DNA from: an uncultured Methylomirabilota bacterium
Lineage (GTDB): Bacteria; Methylomirabilota; Methylomirabilia; Methylomirabilales; 2-02-FULL-66-22
Direction: 5' to 3'
Assembly (NCBI GenBank): GCA_963845565.1
Contig: CAWJSJ010000002.1
Coordinates: 2,048,001 to 2,112,000, forward strand
DNA: 64,000 nt
Shown: in pieces, positions 52,171 to 62,625 of the stretch
Layout: each line of letters opens with the position of its first letter
Position numbering within the stretch: position 1 is the stretch's first letter
Program-made: the position numbers and the translations under genes
The notes under the pieces: generated by a model
Databases searched by the model: none
What the model was told of the DNA's origin: nothing
What the model saw: only the letters and a program-made list of their open reading frames with translations

Positions 52171-52812
52171 ATGAAATGGAAACGGGGATTTGAAGTGTGG
52201 GTGTCGGCGGTGATTCTCATGTTGGCCGCATCCGTGGCCGCCCTCGGCTTGGCGGAAGCCGCTGCCCCTCAGTACAAGTGGAAGCTCGCCCACATTCGCC
52301 CCGCGGGGGCCGCCATCGACAAGGACATGCAGTGGTTCGCGGAGAAGGTCGGCAAAGACTCTGGTGGCCGAATCGCGATAGAAATCTACCCGGCCAGCCA
52401 ACTGGGGGATTACACCGTCGTCCAGGAGCGCGTCTCGCTGGGCGCGGTCGAGATGCAGATCGGCCCGCTCGGGACCACGGTGGACAAGCGATTAAACCTC
52501 CCCTCCGCGCCCTACCTGGCCAAAGACTGGAAAGATGCTCGCACGCTGTTCGCGCGGGACAGCCTCCTTTGGAAGAAGACCGCTGAATTGCTGGAGAAGC
52601 AGGACCTCCATCCCATCGGGGGATGGGCGGTATACTTCGGGGGGATTGTCCTGACCAAGGAACCGCCCAGCCCGGGCGACCCGAATGTCGCGAAGAACAT
52701 CAAGATCCGGGTGCCGCCCATCAAGTCGTTTGAACTGACCGCGGATGCCCTTGGCTACCTGGCCACACCTATTCCGTGGGCGGATACATTCACGGCCATG
52801 CAGAGCGGGATC
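52171..52812 (+). pseudogene. 3'-truncated TRAP DctP gene
   Basis: Signal peptide, IYPASQLGDY, KIRVP and WADTFTAMQSGI, then runs abruptly into the antisense strand of the aldolase gene. Confidence 0.8.
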
Positions 52813-53598
52813 CTACTTCTTCACGCCTTCCATCACGGCGTTGTACGCGACCTGCATGGCGTCCTGCAGCCAGGCCACGTCGCCACCCAGGCACATGAAG
52901 CGGCAGCCGCGGGCGATCCACTTCTTGGCCGTGTCCAGGTCGTAGGTGTGCACGCCGCAGGGGATATTCTTCTTTCCGCAGACCTCCAGGACGCGGTCCA
53001 CGCGCTTGGCCACCTCGGGATGACCGATGTCGCCGGGGATGCCGAGGGTCTGGGACATGTCGTTCGGGCCGATGAAGACGGCGTCCACGCCGGGCACGTC
53101 GAGCATGGGCTCCAGGTTGTCCACGCCGGTCTTGGATTCGATCTGGAGAACGATCATGGTTTCCTGGTTCAGCTTGGGGGTGAGCTCGGAGCCCTTGTAT
53201 TTCCCCCAGGAGGTGTGGTTGTTGCGCAGGGACATCCCGCGCTGACCCATGGGGAAATACTTGGTGGAGTGGATGATGAACTCCACCTGCTCCTTGGTCT
53301 CGGTTTGCGGGCACAGGAGCCCATTCGCCCCAAGGTCGAGCGTCTGGTACATCCGCTGGGCTTCTCGACTGTTCGGCACGCGGACGATGGTGGGCAGGTT
53401 CACCCCGCGGGCCGCGACGCAGAAGTCCAGCAGGTCGGGCGGCGTGAAGGAGCCGTGTTCGGCATCCAGGAAAACGTAGTCCCAGCCGGCGTTCTTCATC
53501 AGGACGGCCACGGCGGGCTGCCGGAGGTGGGTGAGCATGGTTCCGAGGACCACGCCCCCGGCCTTGAGGGTCTTCTTCACCGAGTTTTCCTGGATCAT
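52813..53598 (-). CDS. HpcH/HpaI (GarL-like) aldolase
   Basis: FLDAEHG, LDLGA, QIESKTG and DAVFIGPNDMS motifs. Confidence 0.92.
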   Translation of the reverse strand: MIQENSVKKTLKAGGVVLGTMLTHLRQPAVAVLMKNAGWDYVFLDAEHGSFTPPDLLDFCVAARGVNLPTIVRVPNSREAQRMYQTLDLGANGLLCPQTETKEQVEFIIHSTKYFPMGQRGMSLRNNHTSWGKYKGSELTPKLNQETMIVLQIESKTGVDNLEPMLDVPGVDAVFIGPNDMSQTLGIPGDIGHPEVAKRVDRVLEVCGKKNIPCGVHTYDLDTAKKWIARGCRFMCLGGDVAWLQDAMQVAYNAVMEGVKK

Positions 53599-53610
53599 CG
53601 CTTCCTCCAT

Positions 53611-53645
53611 CAGGGACAGGGATTAGGGATCAGGGGTCAGGGATT
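53611..53645. repeat. Heptamer-like tandem repeat
   Basis: CAGGGA CAGGGAT TAGGGAT CAGGGGT CAGGGAT. Confidence 0.6.
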
Positions 53646-54050
53646 CGAGTTTGGGCGGGGCGCCCCTCACGCCTTGCGCCGTGCAAACCCAAACAGGGTA
53701 GCGCAGGACAGGGGAGCGGCAAAGCGAAAAGGGCCAGAGGTACGCTTCTCCTGACGCCTTTTCGCCGTTCGCTTTCCTCCTTGACAGACGGTAGGTGGCT
53801 AGGTTATTGGTCGCCAACGTGCTGGATGGGATTGTGCGGGTCGAGAGCGGCCGGCCAGGCGGTTCGGTTTTCTCTTCCGCTCGCCTTCTGTTGGAGCAAT
53901 ACCCTCGGGTAGCCCCCATGCCGACTCGACTCGATCGCTCGGTCGAGTGAGTCTCTAGTGAATCTCCGTGGGCTTGCCTGCAGGATGGACCTGCGGACGG
54001 CCGCGGACGTATAACCGGGGCGAGGGCCCCCTGACCTCGGAGGAGGCAAC

Positions 54051-55031
54051 ATGAGAAAAGTGTTGTTCGGAACCCTGATCGTGTTCGCGGTTGTGGCTTT
54101 CGCGATGCCGGGCTTCGCGGGGACCGTCCTGAAGTTCTCCAGCATCCACGAGCCGGCCCATCCGTCAGCCCACACGGCCGAGTTCTTCGCCGCGCGGGTC
54201 AGGCAGTTGACCAACGGCGAGCTCGATGTGCAGGTGTACCACTCTCGGCAGCTCGGCGACGCCCGGGACAACGTTGAGAACGTGCGGAACGGCAGCATCG
54301 CCTTCACCTCGGTGTCCATCTCGAACCTGAGCCAGGTGCTTCCCGTGATGGACGTGTGGTCGCTGCCCTATATCTTCAAGAGCGATGACCACTACTGGTA
54401 CGTCCTGAACGGCGGGAAAGCCATGGAGTTCATGCAGCAGCTCGAGCCCAAGGGGATCAAGGTCATCACGTGGATCACCTCGGGCGCCCGCAACTTCTTC
54501 ACCCAAAAGCCGATCAACAGCGCGGCTGATTTGAAAGGCCAGAAGATCCGCGTCATGGCGTCGCCGGTCATGATCGACACCATGAAGGCCTTGGGGGCCA
54601 ACGGCGTGCCGGTGGCCTGGGGCGAACTGTACACGGCCCTCCAGACGGGCGTGGTGGACGGGGCAGAGAACAACCACCCGTCCGTCATCTCCATGAAGTT
54701 CTACGAGGTCTCCAAGTCCTACAGCCTCGACGAGCACATGCGGATTCCCGACGTGAACATCGTCTCCACCAAGGTCTTCGAGAAGCTGTCCAAATCTCAG
54801 CAGGCTGCGATCCTGAAGGCCGGCGAGGAAGCCACCGCCTACATGCGCGGCGCCTGGAAGATTGCCGAGATCAATGACCTGGAAAAGATCAAGGGCCTGA
54901 TGAAGATCACCACGCCCGACAAGAAGAGCTTAATGGACGCCGTGGCGCCGATGGTGGCGGACAGCGCCAAGAAGCTTGGCGGCGAGGCCTTCGTGAAGTA
55001 CGTCCTGGAGACCGGCAAGAACTTCAAGTAA
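54051..55031 (+). CDS. dctP: TRAP substrate-binding protein (sugar-acid-type DctP)
   Basis: QLGD, SGARNF, DLKGQKIRVM, YTALQTGVVDGAENN and LDEH motifs. Confidence 0.95.
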   Translation: MRKVLFGTLIVFAVVAFAMPGFAGTVLKFSSIHEPAHPSAHTAEFFAARVRQLTNGELDVQVYHSRQLGDARDNVENVRNGSIAFTSVSISNLSQVLPVMDVWSLPYIFKSDDHYWYVLNGGKAMEFMQQLEPKGIKVITWITSGARNFFTQKPINSAADLKGQKIRVMASPVMIDTMKALGANGVPVAWGELYTALQTGVVDGAENNHPSVISMKFYEVSKSYSLDEHMRIPDVNIVSTKVFEKLSKSQQAAILKAGEEATAYMRGAWKIAEINDLEKIKGLMKITTPDKKSLMDAVAPMVADSAKKLGGEAFVKYVLETGKNFK

Positions 55032-55107
55032 GTCTGGAAATCTCTCCGGCGGGGGGCTATCCGCCCCCCGCCGGTCCATTCAACTCCCCAGGAACGGGTG
55101 GAACGAC

Positions 55108-55626
55108 ATGTCGACGGCATTCGATCGGGTCCTGGAGTGGATCACGACGGTCGTGAAGTGGGTGATGGTGTCCATGACGATCGTGATCTTCATCATCACG
55201 ACGTATACCGTGTTCACCCGCTATGTCCTGAACATCGTGCCGTCATGGTCCGAGGAGATTCCGCGGTACCTCCTGGTGTGGATCACCTATCTCGGGGCGG
55301 CGCTGGCCATCAAGTTCAAGGAGCACATCAGCCTGGATGTCTTCTTCAACCTGATGCCGCTCCGGGCACGCCAGGTTGGGCATTTCTTCCTGAATGGGCT
55401 CGTCGCCATCGTCGCCGTGATCATGGTGGTGTACGGGATCGGGCTGGTCAACCATTTCGGCGAGGACCTGATGGAGTCGATCCCCGTCACCAATTTCTGG
55501 CTCTATCTGGCCATGCCCGTCTCCGGCACGCTGATGCTCCTCTACCTCGTCCAGGATACCTGGAAGCGGATCCGGGATTTCGGGAAGGCGGAGGCGGCGT
55601 CCGGGTCGGAGATGGTTCCCATCTAG
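55108..55626 (+). CDS. dctQ: TRAP small permease
   Basis: VFTRYVLN..SWSEEIPRY and HISLD motifs. Confidence 0.92.
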   Translation: MSTAFDRVLEWITTVVKWVMVSMTIVIFIITTYTVFTRYVLNIVPSWSEEIPRYLLVWITYLGAALAIKFKEHISLDVFFNLMPLRARQVGHFFLNGLVAIVAVIMVVYGIGLVNHFGEDLMESIPVTNFWLYLAMPVSGTLMLLYLVQDTWKRIRDFGKAEAASGSEMVPI

Positions 55627-55732
55627 ATGGCGTTGCGGTCGAGAATCTCGTACGAGTTTTGGGACGATCCCGGGTCGATCCCGGCTCGGCCGGGTGGTGG
55701 GCTGAACCCATTCGCGGGAAAGTGGCGACATC

Positions 55733-57024
55733 ATGACACTTGGAATCGCGTTCTTCTGCTTCTTCGTTTTCATGATCATCAACCTGCCGATCTCCTTCGG
55801 CATCGGGCTGGGGGCCCTGCTGGCCGGGCTGACGCTGGACATCGACCACTCGACCCTCATCCAGCGCATGCTCTCGGCGGTGAACTCGTTCCCGTTGCTG
55901 GCGGTCATCTTCTTCATCTTCGCCGGGACACTTCTGGCCCGGGGCGGTGTCTCCACCCGACTGGTGCGGCTGGCAGAGGTCCTGGTGGGGCGGATCCCGG
56001 GCGCCATGGCCCACGTCACCATCCTGGCCTGCATGTTCTTCGGCGGCGTGTCGGGCTCCGCGGTGGCCGAGATCTCTTCCATCGGGGCCATGATGATCCC
56101 GACGATGGAGAAGGCGGGCTACAAGAGGGAAACGGCCACCTCCATCGCCCTGGCCTCGGCGGTCATGGGGCCGATCATCCCGCCCTCCATCCCCATGATC
56201 ATCTTTGCCCACACGGCGGGCTCGGTCTCCATCGCCGCCCTGTTCCTGGCGGGGGCCATCCCGGGCATCCTCATCGGACTCAGCCTGATGGTCTGGGCCT
56301 TCTTCCACGCCAAGAAAGCACATCAAGCCGGCGCCGCTGCCGCAGCTCTCCTTCAAGGAGAAGGCCTTCCGGGTGGCCGACGGCATGGCCGGACTCTTCA
56401 CGATCTTCATCATCCTCGGCGGGATCATCTCGGGAATCTTCACGGCCACCGAGGCGGGGGCCGTGTCGTCGCTCTACGCCATCATCCTGTGCTGCGGCGT
56501 GTACCGCGAGACCAAGTGGAGCGAGCTGCCCAAGATCCTGTTCGAGTGCTGCCAGGTCAACGCCGTGGTGCTGTTCCTGGTGGCAACGAGCTCGGTGTTC
56601 ACCTGGATCCTGACCTACGAGAATCTGCCCAAGGTGCTGGCCAACACGGTCTTCACCATCACCGACAACAAGTTCCTGCTGCTCATCGTCATCAACATCT
56701 TCCTGCTGATCGTGGGCTGCCTGGTGGATCTGACGCCGGCGGTCATCATGCTGACCCCGATCCTGCTTGCCCCTGATGCAGAAGATGGGGCTTCACATCG
56801 TCCACTTCGGGGCCATGATGATCATCAATCTCTGCTACGGCCTGATCACGCCGCCGGTGGGGACATCGCTCTTCGTCGGCCTCCGCATCTCCGGCCTGTC
56901 GATGAACCAGATCATCCGGCCGCTAGCCCCGCTCCTGGCCATCGAGCTCGTGATCCTGGCGGCCGTCACCTACTGGCCGCCGCTCACGATGTGGCTGCCG
57001 CGGATGTTCGGGTTCGTGATGTAG
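55733..57024 (+). CDS. dctM: TRAP large permease, two frameshifts (~56320 and ~56770)
   Basis: SFPLLAV, GVSGSA.AE, IIPPSIP, FTATEAG and ITPPVGT motifs across ORFs 55733, 56373 and 56767. Confidence 0.9.
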
Positions 57025-57068
57025 CGGTGGCGAACCCCGAGAAGGTTTGCTCGGGCGAAAGCGAACAT

Positions 57069-57105
57069 CAGCCCCCCTGTTCGAAGAGAGCAGGGGGGCT
57101 TTTTT
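57069..57105 (+). terminator. Rho-independent terminator
   Basis: AGCCCCCCTGTTC..GAGCAGGGGGGCT then TTTTT. Confidence 0.8.
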
Positions 57106-57157
57106 GCAGCCAGGCGCGTCCACTGCTAGCGTTCCGGGCGGGGAGGGAGCCCGCCTT

Positions 57158-58433
57158 GTGAACGGACAACGGAAGTTCATCCTGGTTCCTGCCGGAAGCT
57201 CGGGCGACATCTACCCGTTCGTCTGGCTGGGGAAGGGGTTGGCCTCGCTGGGCCACGAGGTCGTGGTTGTCGTGCACCGGCCGTTCGACCGGACGATGGA
57301 GGCCGCCGGCCTCCGGACGCTCGGCTACGGGACGGACGAGGATTTCGAGCAGATCATGCGGCACCCCGATCTCTGGCACCCGAGGAGGGGTTTTGAACTG
57401 ATCGCTCTTCTGGCGCCCCGCTTGTACCCGGAGATCGTCTCCCGAGTGCACGCGGAGACTCGCACCAGGCCGAACGCTGCTGGTGGGGGCGGGGATCGCC
57501 TTCGGGGCGCGCATTGCGGCGGAGGCGTTCAAGGTGCCGCTGGTGACGGTTCAGCTTCAGCCGGCCGTCTTCTTGAGCCCGGAAGATCCCCCGGTGCCGC
57601 AGGCAGGGATGGAATGGTTCCGAAAGGCGCCGCGCTGGCTGCGAAGGTTGCTCTACCGGGTCGGGTATTTTCGGACGGACCGACTCTTGGCGGGGGGAAT
57701 CAATGCGTACCGGTCCGAACTCGGTCTCCACCGACCCGTCCGACACATCATGCGCGATTACTGGATGTCTTCCTTCAAGGTGCTGGCGCTGTTTCCAGAA
57801 TGGTACGGCCCAAAGCAGTCGGACTGGCCGCCGCAAACGGTGGTCACGCGGTTCCCGCTCTACGACGACAGCGATCGAGGTTGCCGTGTCCGAGGACCTC
57901 GCGGCGTTCCTGGATGCCGGAGACGCACCGGTGCTGTTCACGCCCGGGTCGGCGAACCTGCAGGCGCGCCGGTTCTTTGACGTGGGACTCGAAGCCTGCC
58001 GCCGGCTCGGCTTCCGGGCCCTGTTCGTGACCCGCTATCCGGAACAGCTTCCTGCCGCGCTCCCACCAGAGATCCGACATGTCACGTACGTGCCATTCAG
58101 CCAGGTCCTGCCGCGCTGCAAGGCGCTGGTCCATCACGGCGGCATCGGCACGGTAGCCCAGGGGCTGGCCGCGGGCGTCCCGCAATTGGTGATGGCCATG
58201 AGCCACGACCAGCCGGACAACGGGTACCGTCTGACCCGCCTGGGTGTGGGGGCGTACGTGTACCCGAAGGCCTTCACGCCCGGCCGCGTGGCCGACGCGC
58301 TGGCGCACCTGACGACGTCGCCCGGAAGTGGCGCGGGCGTGCCGGGCGTGCCGGGCGCGGATCGAAGACCAGATGCCCGCAGAGGCGGTGTTTCGACTTG
58401 TTGGAGGAGGCGCATCGCACGGCCTGCGGTTGA
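57158..58433 (+). CDS. GT1 family glycosyltransferase (RhlB-like), several frameshifts
   Basis: GSSGDIYPF, LFPEWY.P.Q.DWP, FTPGSAN, YVPFSQVLP, HHGGIGT and HDQPDN motifs across three or more frames. End approximate. Confidence 0.85.
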
Positions 58434-58454
58434 TGCGCTGCGGACGGGGAACGG

Positions 58455-58977
58455 ATGCCCATGGACATGGTGCTGTCCCGGTGTCGGCTGCGGCCATTCC
58501 GCGAGGGCGATCAGCCATCCATCGCGCGGTACGCCAACAACCGCCGGATCTGGATCAACCTGCGCGACCGGTTCCCGCACCCCTATACGCTGGCGGATGC
58601 CGATGCCTGGATCCGGGAGGTGGCCGATCAGGATCCGCCGACCCAGTGCGCGATCGAGGTGGGGGGCGACGTGGTCGGCGGTATCGGTCTCACGTTACAG
58701 GAGGATGTTCACCGGCGGTCGGCCGAGATCGGCTATTGGCTTGGGAGAGCCGTTCTGGGGGCGCGGCATCATGAGCGAGGTCGTGCCCGCGTTCACTGCG
58801 TATGGGTTTGCGACCTTCGACGTGTGCCGCATCTTTGCGACCGTCTTCGAGTGGAACCCGGCCTCGGCGCGAATTCTGGAGAAGGCGGGGTACATCCTGG
58901 AGGGGCGGTTGCGAAAGAGCGTGACGAAGGATGGGCGGATGATCGATCAGTTGCTGTATGCCCGCGTGCGGGAGTGA
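58455..58977 (+). CDS. GNAT (RimJ/RimL-type) acetyltransferase, frameshift near 58740
   Basis: NLRDRFPHPYT, SAEIGYWL / GEPFWGRGI and NPASARILEKAGY motifs. Confidence 0.88.
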
Positions 58978-59021
58978 CGCTTGAGGGGCGCCTTGGTGTA
59001 TGGGGATGCTGGGGGGCCGCG

Positions 59022-59618
59022 ATGGATACGTTGCTGAGCTTGGGGGTGGGTCTGGGGCTAAGTGCGGCCTGCGGCTTTCGCGTGTTTGTCCCGCTCTTGG
59101 CGGCAAGCGTCGCCGCGCAGGCCGGCTATCTGACGCCGGCGCCGGGGTTCGAGTGGATCGGCACATCCCAGGCGCTGTACGCCTTCGCCACGGCGACGCT
59201 GCTGGAGGTCCTGGCCTACTCGATCCCGTGGCTGGACAATGCGCTGGACGCGATCGCGACCCCGGCTGCGGTGATCGCGGGAATGCTCGCCAGTGCGGCG
59301 GTGTTCGCCGACCTTCCACCATTCCTCAAGTGGAGCCTGGCGATCATCGGCGGCGGGGGACTGGCCGGATTGACCCAGGGCGCGACAGCGCTCCTGCGTC
59401 TCAAGACGGCACTGGCGAGCGGAGGGATCGGAAACTTCCTGATTGCCGGCGTGGAGCTGGTTGGATCGGTTGCGGTGTCCCTCCTCGCCATCGCGGTCCC
59501 GTTGGCATGCCTCGTTCTGGTGTGCGGCATCGGCGTGGTCGCGTGGCGTCTCGGCGGACGCCTCATCTTCGGACGCCACGGGCGACCCCAGCGGGCCAGC
59601 GATGGAGAAGCGCGTTGA
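59022..59618 (+). CDS. DUF4126 membrane protein
   Basis: GLGLSAACGFRVFVPLL and IPWLDNALD motifs. Confidence 0.88.
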   Translation: MDTLLSLGVGLGLSAACGFRVFVPLLAASVAAQAGYLTPAPGFEWIGTSQALYAFATATLLEVLAYSIPWLDNALDAIATPAAVIAGMLASAAVFADLPPFLKWSLAIIGGGGLAGLTQGATALLRLKTALASGGIGNFLIAGVELVGSVAVSLLAIAVPLACLVLVCGIGVVAWRLGGRLIFGRHGRPQRASDGEAR

Positions 59619-59880
59619 CCGCGTTCGGGGCGAGTGATAGCCTGTTACGCTGATAGGCTTCCCGGGCGGCCGCCCGTCGGTCGTGGATGTGCCAGCGCGG
59701 TCGGTGCGTTTCTTGACCGGACGAGCGGAGGGCATCACGACCGAATCACAGAGAGGAGGGGAGGAAGGTCCACGGCGCTCCAGAGAGGGTCCCAATCAGG
59801 GTGCAGGACATGGACGCGGGATGCGGTGACGGCGTGCGACCAGCGAGCCGTAGCCCACGAGTGGAAAGGGGGAACCCGGA

Positions 59881-61497
59881 ATGACGGATCGGAGTGTATC
59901 CTCAGAGCGCATTACCATCGACGGACTCGCCCGCATGCTTCAGGACGGCCGGATTACCCGGCGCGGCTTTCTGGTGGGTGCGGCGGGACTACTGGGCAGC
60001 ATGGCCGCGGCGGAGGGAATTCTCGCGCGGGTTGCCGGCGCCCAGACAACCAGCAAGAACACCCTGGTGGTCGGTCAGTCGAGCGATGTCAGCAAGCTGG
60101 ACCCCCAGATGAGCACCACGGTCAACGATATCGCTATCACCTTCAACCTCTTCGACAATCTCCTGACTCGCCGCCGCGACGGCAAGCTCCATCCCTCCCT
60201 GGCCACCGAGTGGAAGCTGGTGAACCCGACGACCTGGCAATTCAAGCTGCGCCCGAACGTGAAGTTCCACAACGGAGATCGGTTCACCTCCGCGGATGTG
60301 AAATTCTCCTACGAGCGCTCCTATGACCCCAATGCGAAGGTCATTACCAAGTCCGTGCTGAATACCATCGAGCGCGTCGAGACGCCCGACCCGCTGACGG
60401 TCGTCATCGTCACCAAGCAGCCTGACCCGCTCCTCGCTGCCCGCACGGCCTTCTACGCGGGGCAGATCATGCCCAAGGACTACTTCGCGAAGGTCAAGGA
60501 CGACGAATTCAACGCCAAGCCGATCGGCACCGGCCCGGTGAAGCTCGCGTCGTGGGTCAAGGACGACCGGATGATCCTGGATGCGAACGCGGATTACTGG
60601 GGTGGGAAGTTGGCCGTGAACCAGATCATCTTCCGCCCGCTGCCGGAGCTGGCGGCCCGCGTCGGTGCGCTCCTCAAGGGTGAGGTGGACATCATCACCA
60701 AGATCCCGCCGGACCAGATGGACCGCATCGCCAAGGCGCCCACCACGAAGATCGAGGGCGTCCTGTACGGCGGCCTGTACTGCCTGTCGGTGACGACGCA
60801 GAAGCCGCCCCTGGACAGCAAGCCGTTCCGGCAGGCCATGAGCCTGGCGCTCGACCGCGAGACCATCGTCAAGGAGCTGTGGCGCAGCCAGGCCGCCGTG
60901 CCGAACAGCCTGGTCGTGAAGGGCGACAGCCACCACGATCCGACGTTGCCGCCGCTGAAGTACGATCCGAACCAGGCCAAGCAACTCCTCAAGGAGGCGA
61001 ACTACAAGGGCGAGGAGCTCACGCTCGAAACCCCGATCGGGTTCATGGTGATGGACAAGGAGATGAGCGAGGTCGTCACCGCCATGTGGAAGGACGTGGG
61101 CATCAACGCCAAGCTGGAACAGTTGGAGTACTCGGTCTATCAGCAGAAGATCCGCGAGAAGAGTTTCAAGGGGGTCCGCTGGACCGATCCCACCTCCGCG
61201 TACAACGATCCGGATGGGATGATGTGGCGCCACCTGGCGCCGGGCGGCCCCAACGCCTACTGGTTCCGGAACCCGCGCTTCGACGAGCTGGGCAACGGGG
61301 CTCGCTTCAGCGTGGACGAGAAGTTCCGGGCCGAGGCCTATAAAGAGATGGCGCGGCTGGAGCTGGAGTTCCTTCCGCTGATTCCGGTCATCCAGCCGAT
61401 GGAGCTGTACGGCCTCCAGAAGTACGTGGACTGGAAGCCGTACGCAAACCAGACCATGGAGTTTCGGAACTTCAACCTGAAGCTCACCCGCGGGTAG
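59881..61497 (+). CDS. ABC transporter substrate-binding protein, family 5 (Tat-exported)
   Basis: TRRGFL Tat motif; LRPNVKFHNG..FTSADVKFS and PIGTGP motifs. Confidence 0.93.
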   Translation: MTDRSVSSERITIDGLARMLQDGRITRRGFLVGAAGLLGSMAAAEGILARVAGAQTTSKNTLVVGQSSDVSKLDPQMSTTVNDIAITFNLFDNLLTRRRDGKLHPSLATEWKLVNPTTWQFKLRPNVKFHNGDRFTSADVKFSYERSYDPNAKVITKSVLNTIERVETPDPLTVVIVTKQPDPLLAARTAFYAGQIMPKDYFAKVKDDEFNAKPIGTGPVKLASWVKDDRMILDANADYWGGKLAVNQIIFRPLPELAARVGALLKGEVDIITKIPPDQMDRIAKAPTTKIEGVLYGGLYCLSVTTQKPPLDSKPFRQAMSLALDRETIVKELWRSQAAVPNSLVVKGDSHHDPTLPPLKYDPNQAKQLLKEANYKGEELTLETPIGFMVMDKEMSEVVTAMWKDVGINAKLEQLEYSVYQQKIREKSFKGVRWTDPTSAYNDPDGMMWRHLAPGGPNAYWFRNPRFDELGNGARFSVDEKFRAEAYKEMARLELEFLPLIPVIQPMELYGLQKYVDWKPYANQTMEFRNFNLKLTRG

Positions 61498-61697
61498 ATT
61501 CGCCGGGCCGCTCGTCCGCTACCGCGCCCCGTCCCGGGAGAAGGGTGGGGCGCGGTAGTCTTGTCCGGGACCGGCGGACGGCCTGGCCCGCATTGTTCCC
61601 GAGCGCAGCTCGCGAACAATGCGGGCTTAATGAGAGCCCGTACGTAAGCCCGGATTCGTCACGAAGGATTCGTGAAGAATCCGGGCTCGAGGGACCG

Positions 61698-62621
61698 ATG
61701 CCAGGGTTCGGCCGATTCCTGACCTACCGGGTGGTGCGGATGCTGATCGCGCTGTGGAGCGTGGTGACGGTGGTCTTCGTCGTCATGCGCCTCTCGGGCG
61801 ATCCGGTGCCCCTCCTCCTGCCCCCGGACGCGCCCATCGCAGAGATGGAGCGGCTGCGGAGCGAGATGGGCCTGGACCGGCCGATCTACGTCCAGTACGG
61901 GGTGTTCATCAACCAGGCCGTCCAGGGCGACTTTGGCCGCTCCATCCACTTCCGGACCTCGGCCATGACGGTCGTCTGGGAACGGGTGCCCGCCACCCTG
62001 GAATTGGCCTTTGCCTCGTTCCTGTGCGCGATCGTCTTCGCCATCCCGGCCGGGATCATCTCGGCCGTCAGGCGCGGAAGCCTCATTGATGACATCGTCA
62101 TGGGGGTCGCGCTGGTCGGGCAGGCGGCGCCGACGTTCTATATCGGCATCATGTTGATTCTGACCTGCTCCCTCTGGCTGGGCCTGTTCCCGACGTCGGG
62201 CAGGGGTGACTGGCGGAACCTGGTATTGCCGGCGGTGACACTGGGGGCCTTCGCCATGGCCAGCATCGCCCGGATCACCCGTTCCGCGGTGCTGGAGATC
62301 CTGCGGGCCGACTACATCCGGACGGCCCGGGCCAAGGGGCTGCCGGAGTTCTGGACGCTCGCCAAGCACACCATGCGGAATGCCGCCATTCCGATCGTCA
62401 CGATCGTGGGGCTGCAGCTCGGAAACCTGCTGGGCGGCGCGGTGGTCACCGAGACCATCTTCTCCTGGCCGGGGATCGGGCGGCTGGCCATCCAATCCAT
62501 CTACAACCGCGATTATCCGGTCGTGCAGTCCTGCGTCTTCATGACCGCGGCCATGTTCGTCGTGGTGAACTTTCTGGTGGACGTCGCGTATGGCATCCTC
62601 GATCCACGCATCCGGCACTAA
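61698..62621 (+). CDS. ABC peptide/nickel permease (DppB-like)
   Basis: GLDRP, GDFGRS, YIRTARAKGL and ETIFSWPGIG motifs. Confidence 0.93.
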   Translation: MPGFGRFLTYRVVRMLIALWSVVTVVFVVMRLSGDPVPLLLPPDAPIAEMERLRSEMGLDRPIYVQYGVFINQAVQGDFGRSIHFRTSAMTVVWERVPATLELAFASFLCAIVFAIPAGIISAVRRGSLIDDIVMGVALVGQAAPTFYIGIMLILTCSLWLGLFPTSGRGDWRNLVLPAVTLGAFAMASIARITRSAVLEILRADYIRTARAKGLPEFWTLAKHTMRNAAIPIVTIVGLQLGNLLGGAVVTETIFSWPGIGRLAIQSIYNRDYPVVQSCVFMTAAMFVVVNFLVDVAYGILDPRIRH

Positions 62622-62625
62622 GGCC

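Noticed and set aside
52171..53754. 527-aa DctP with a novel C-terminal domain
   Set aside because: Everything after 52812 is the antisense translation of the aldolase gene.
58455..59618. GNAT-DUF4126 fusion ORF of 387 aa
   Set aside because: A frameshift near 58740 creates it; the GNAT ends at 58977 and DUF4126 starts at 59022.
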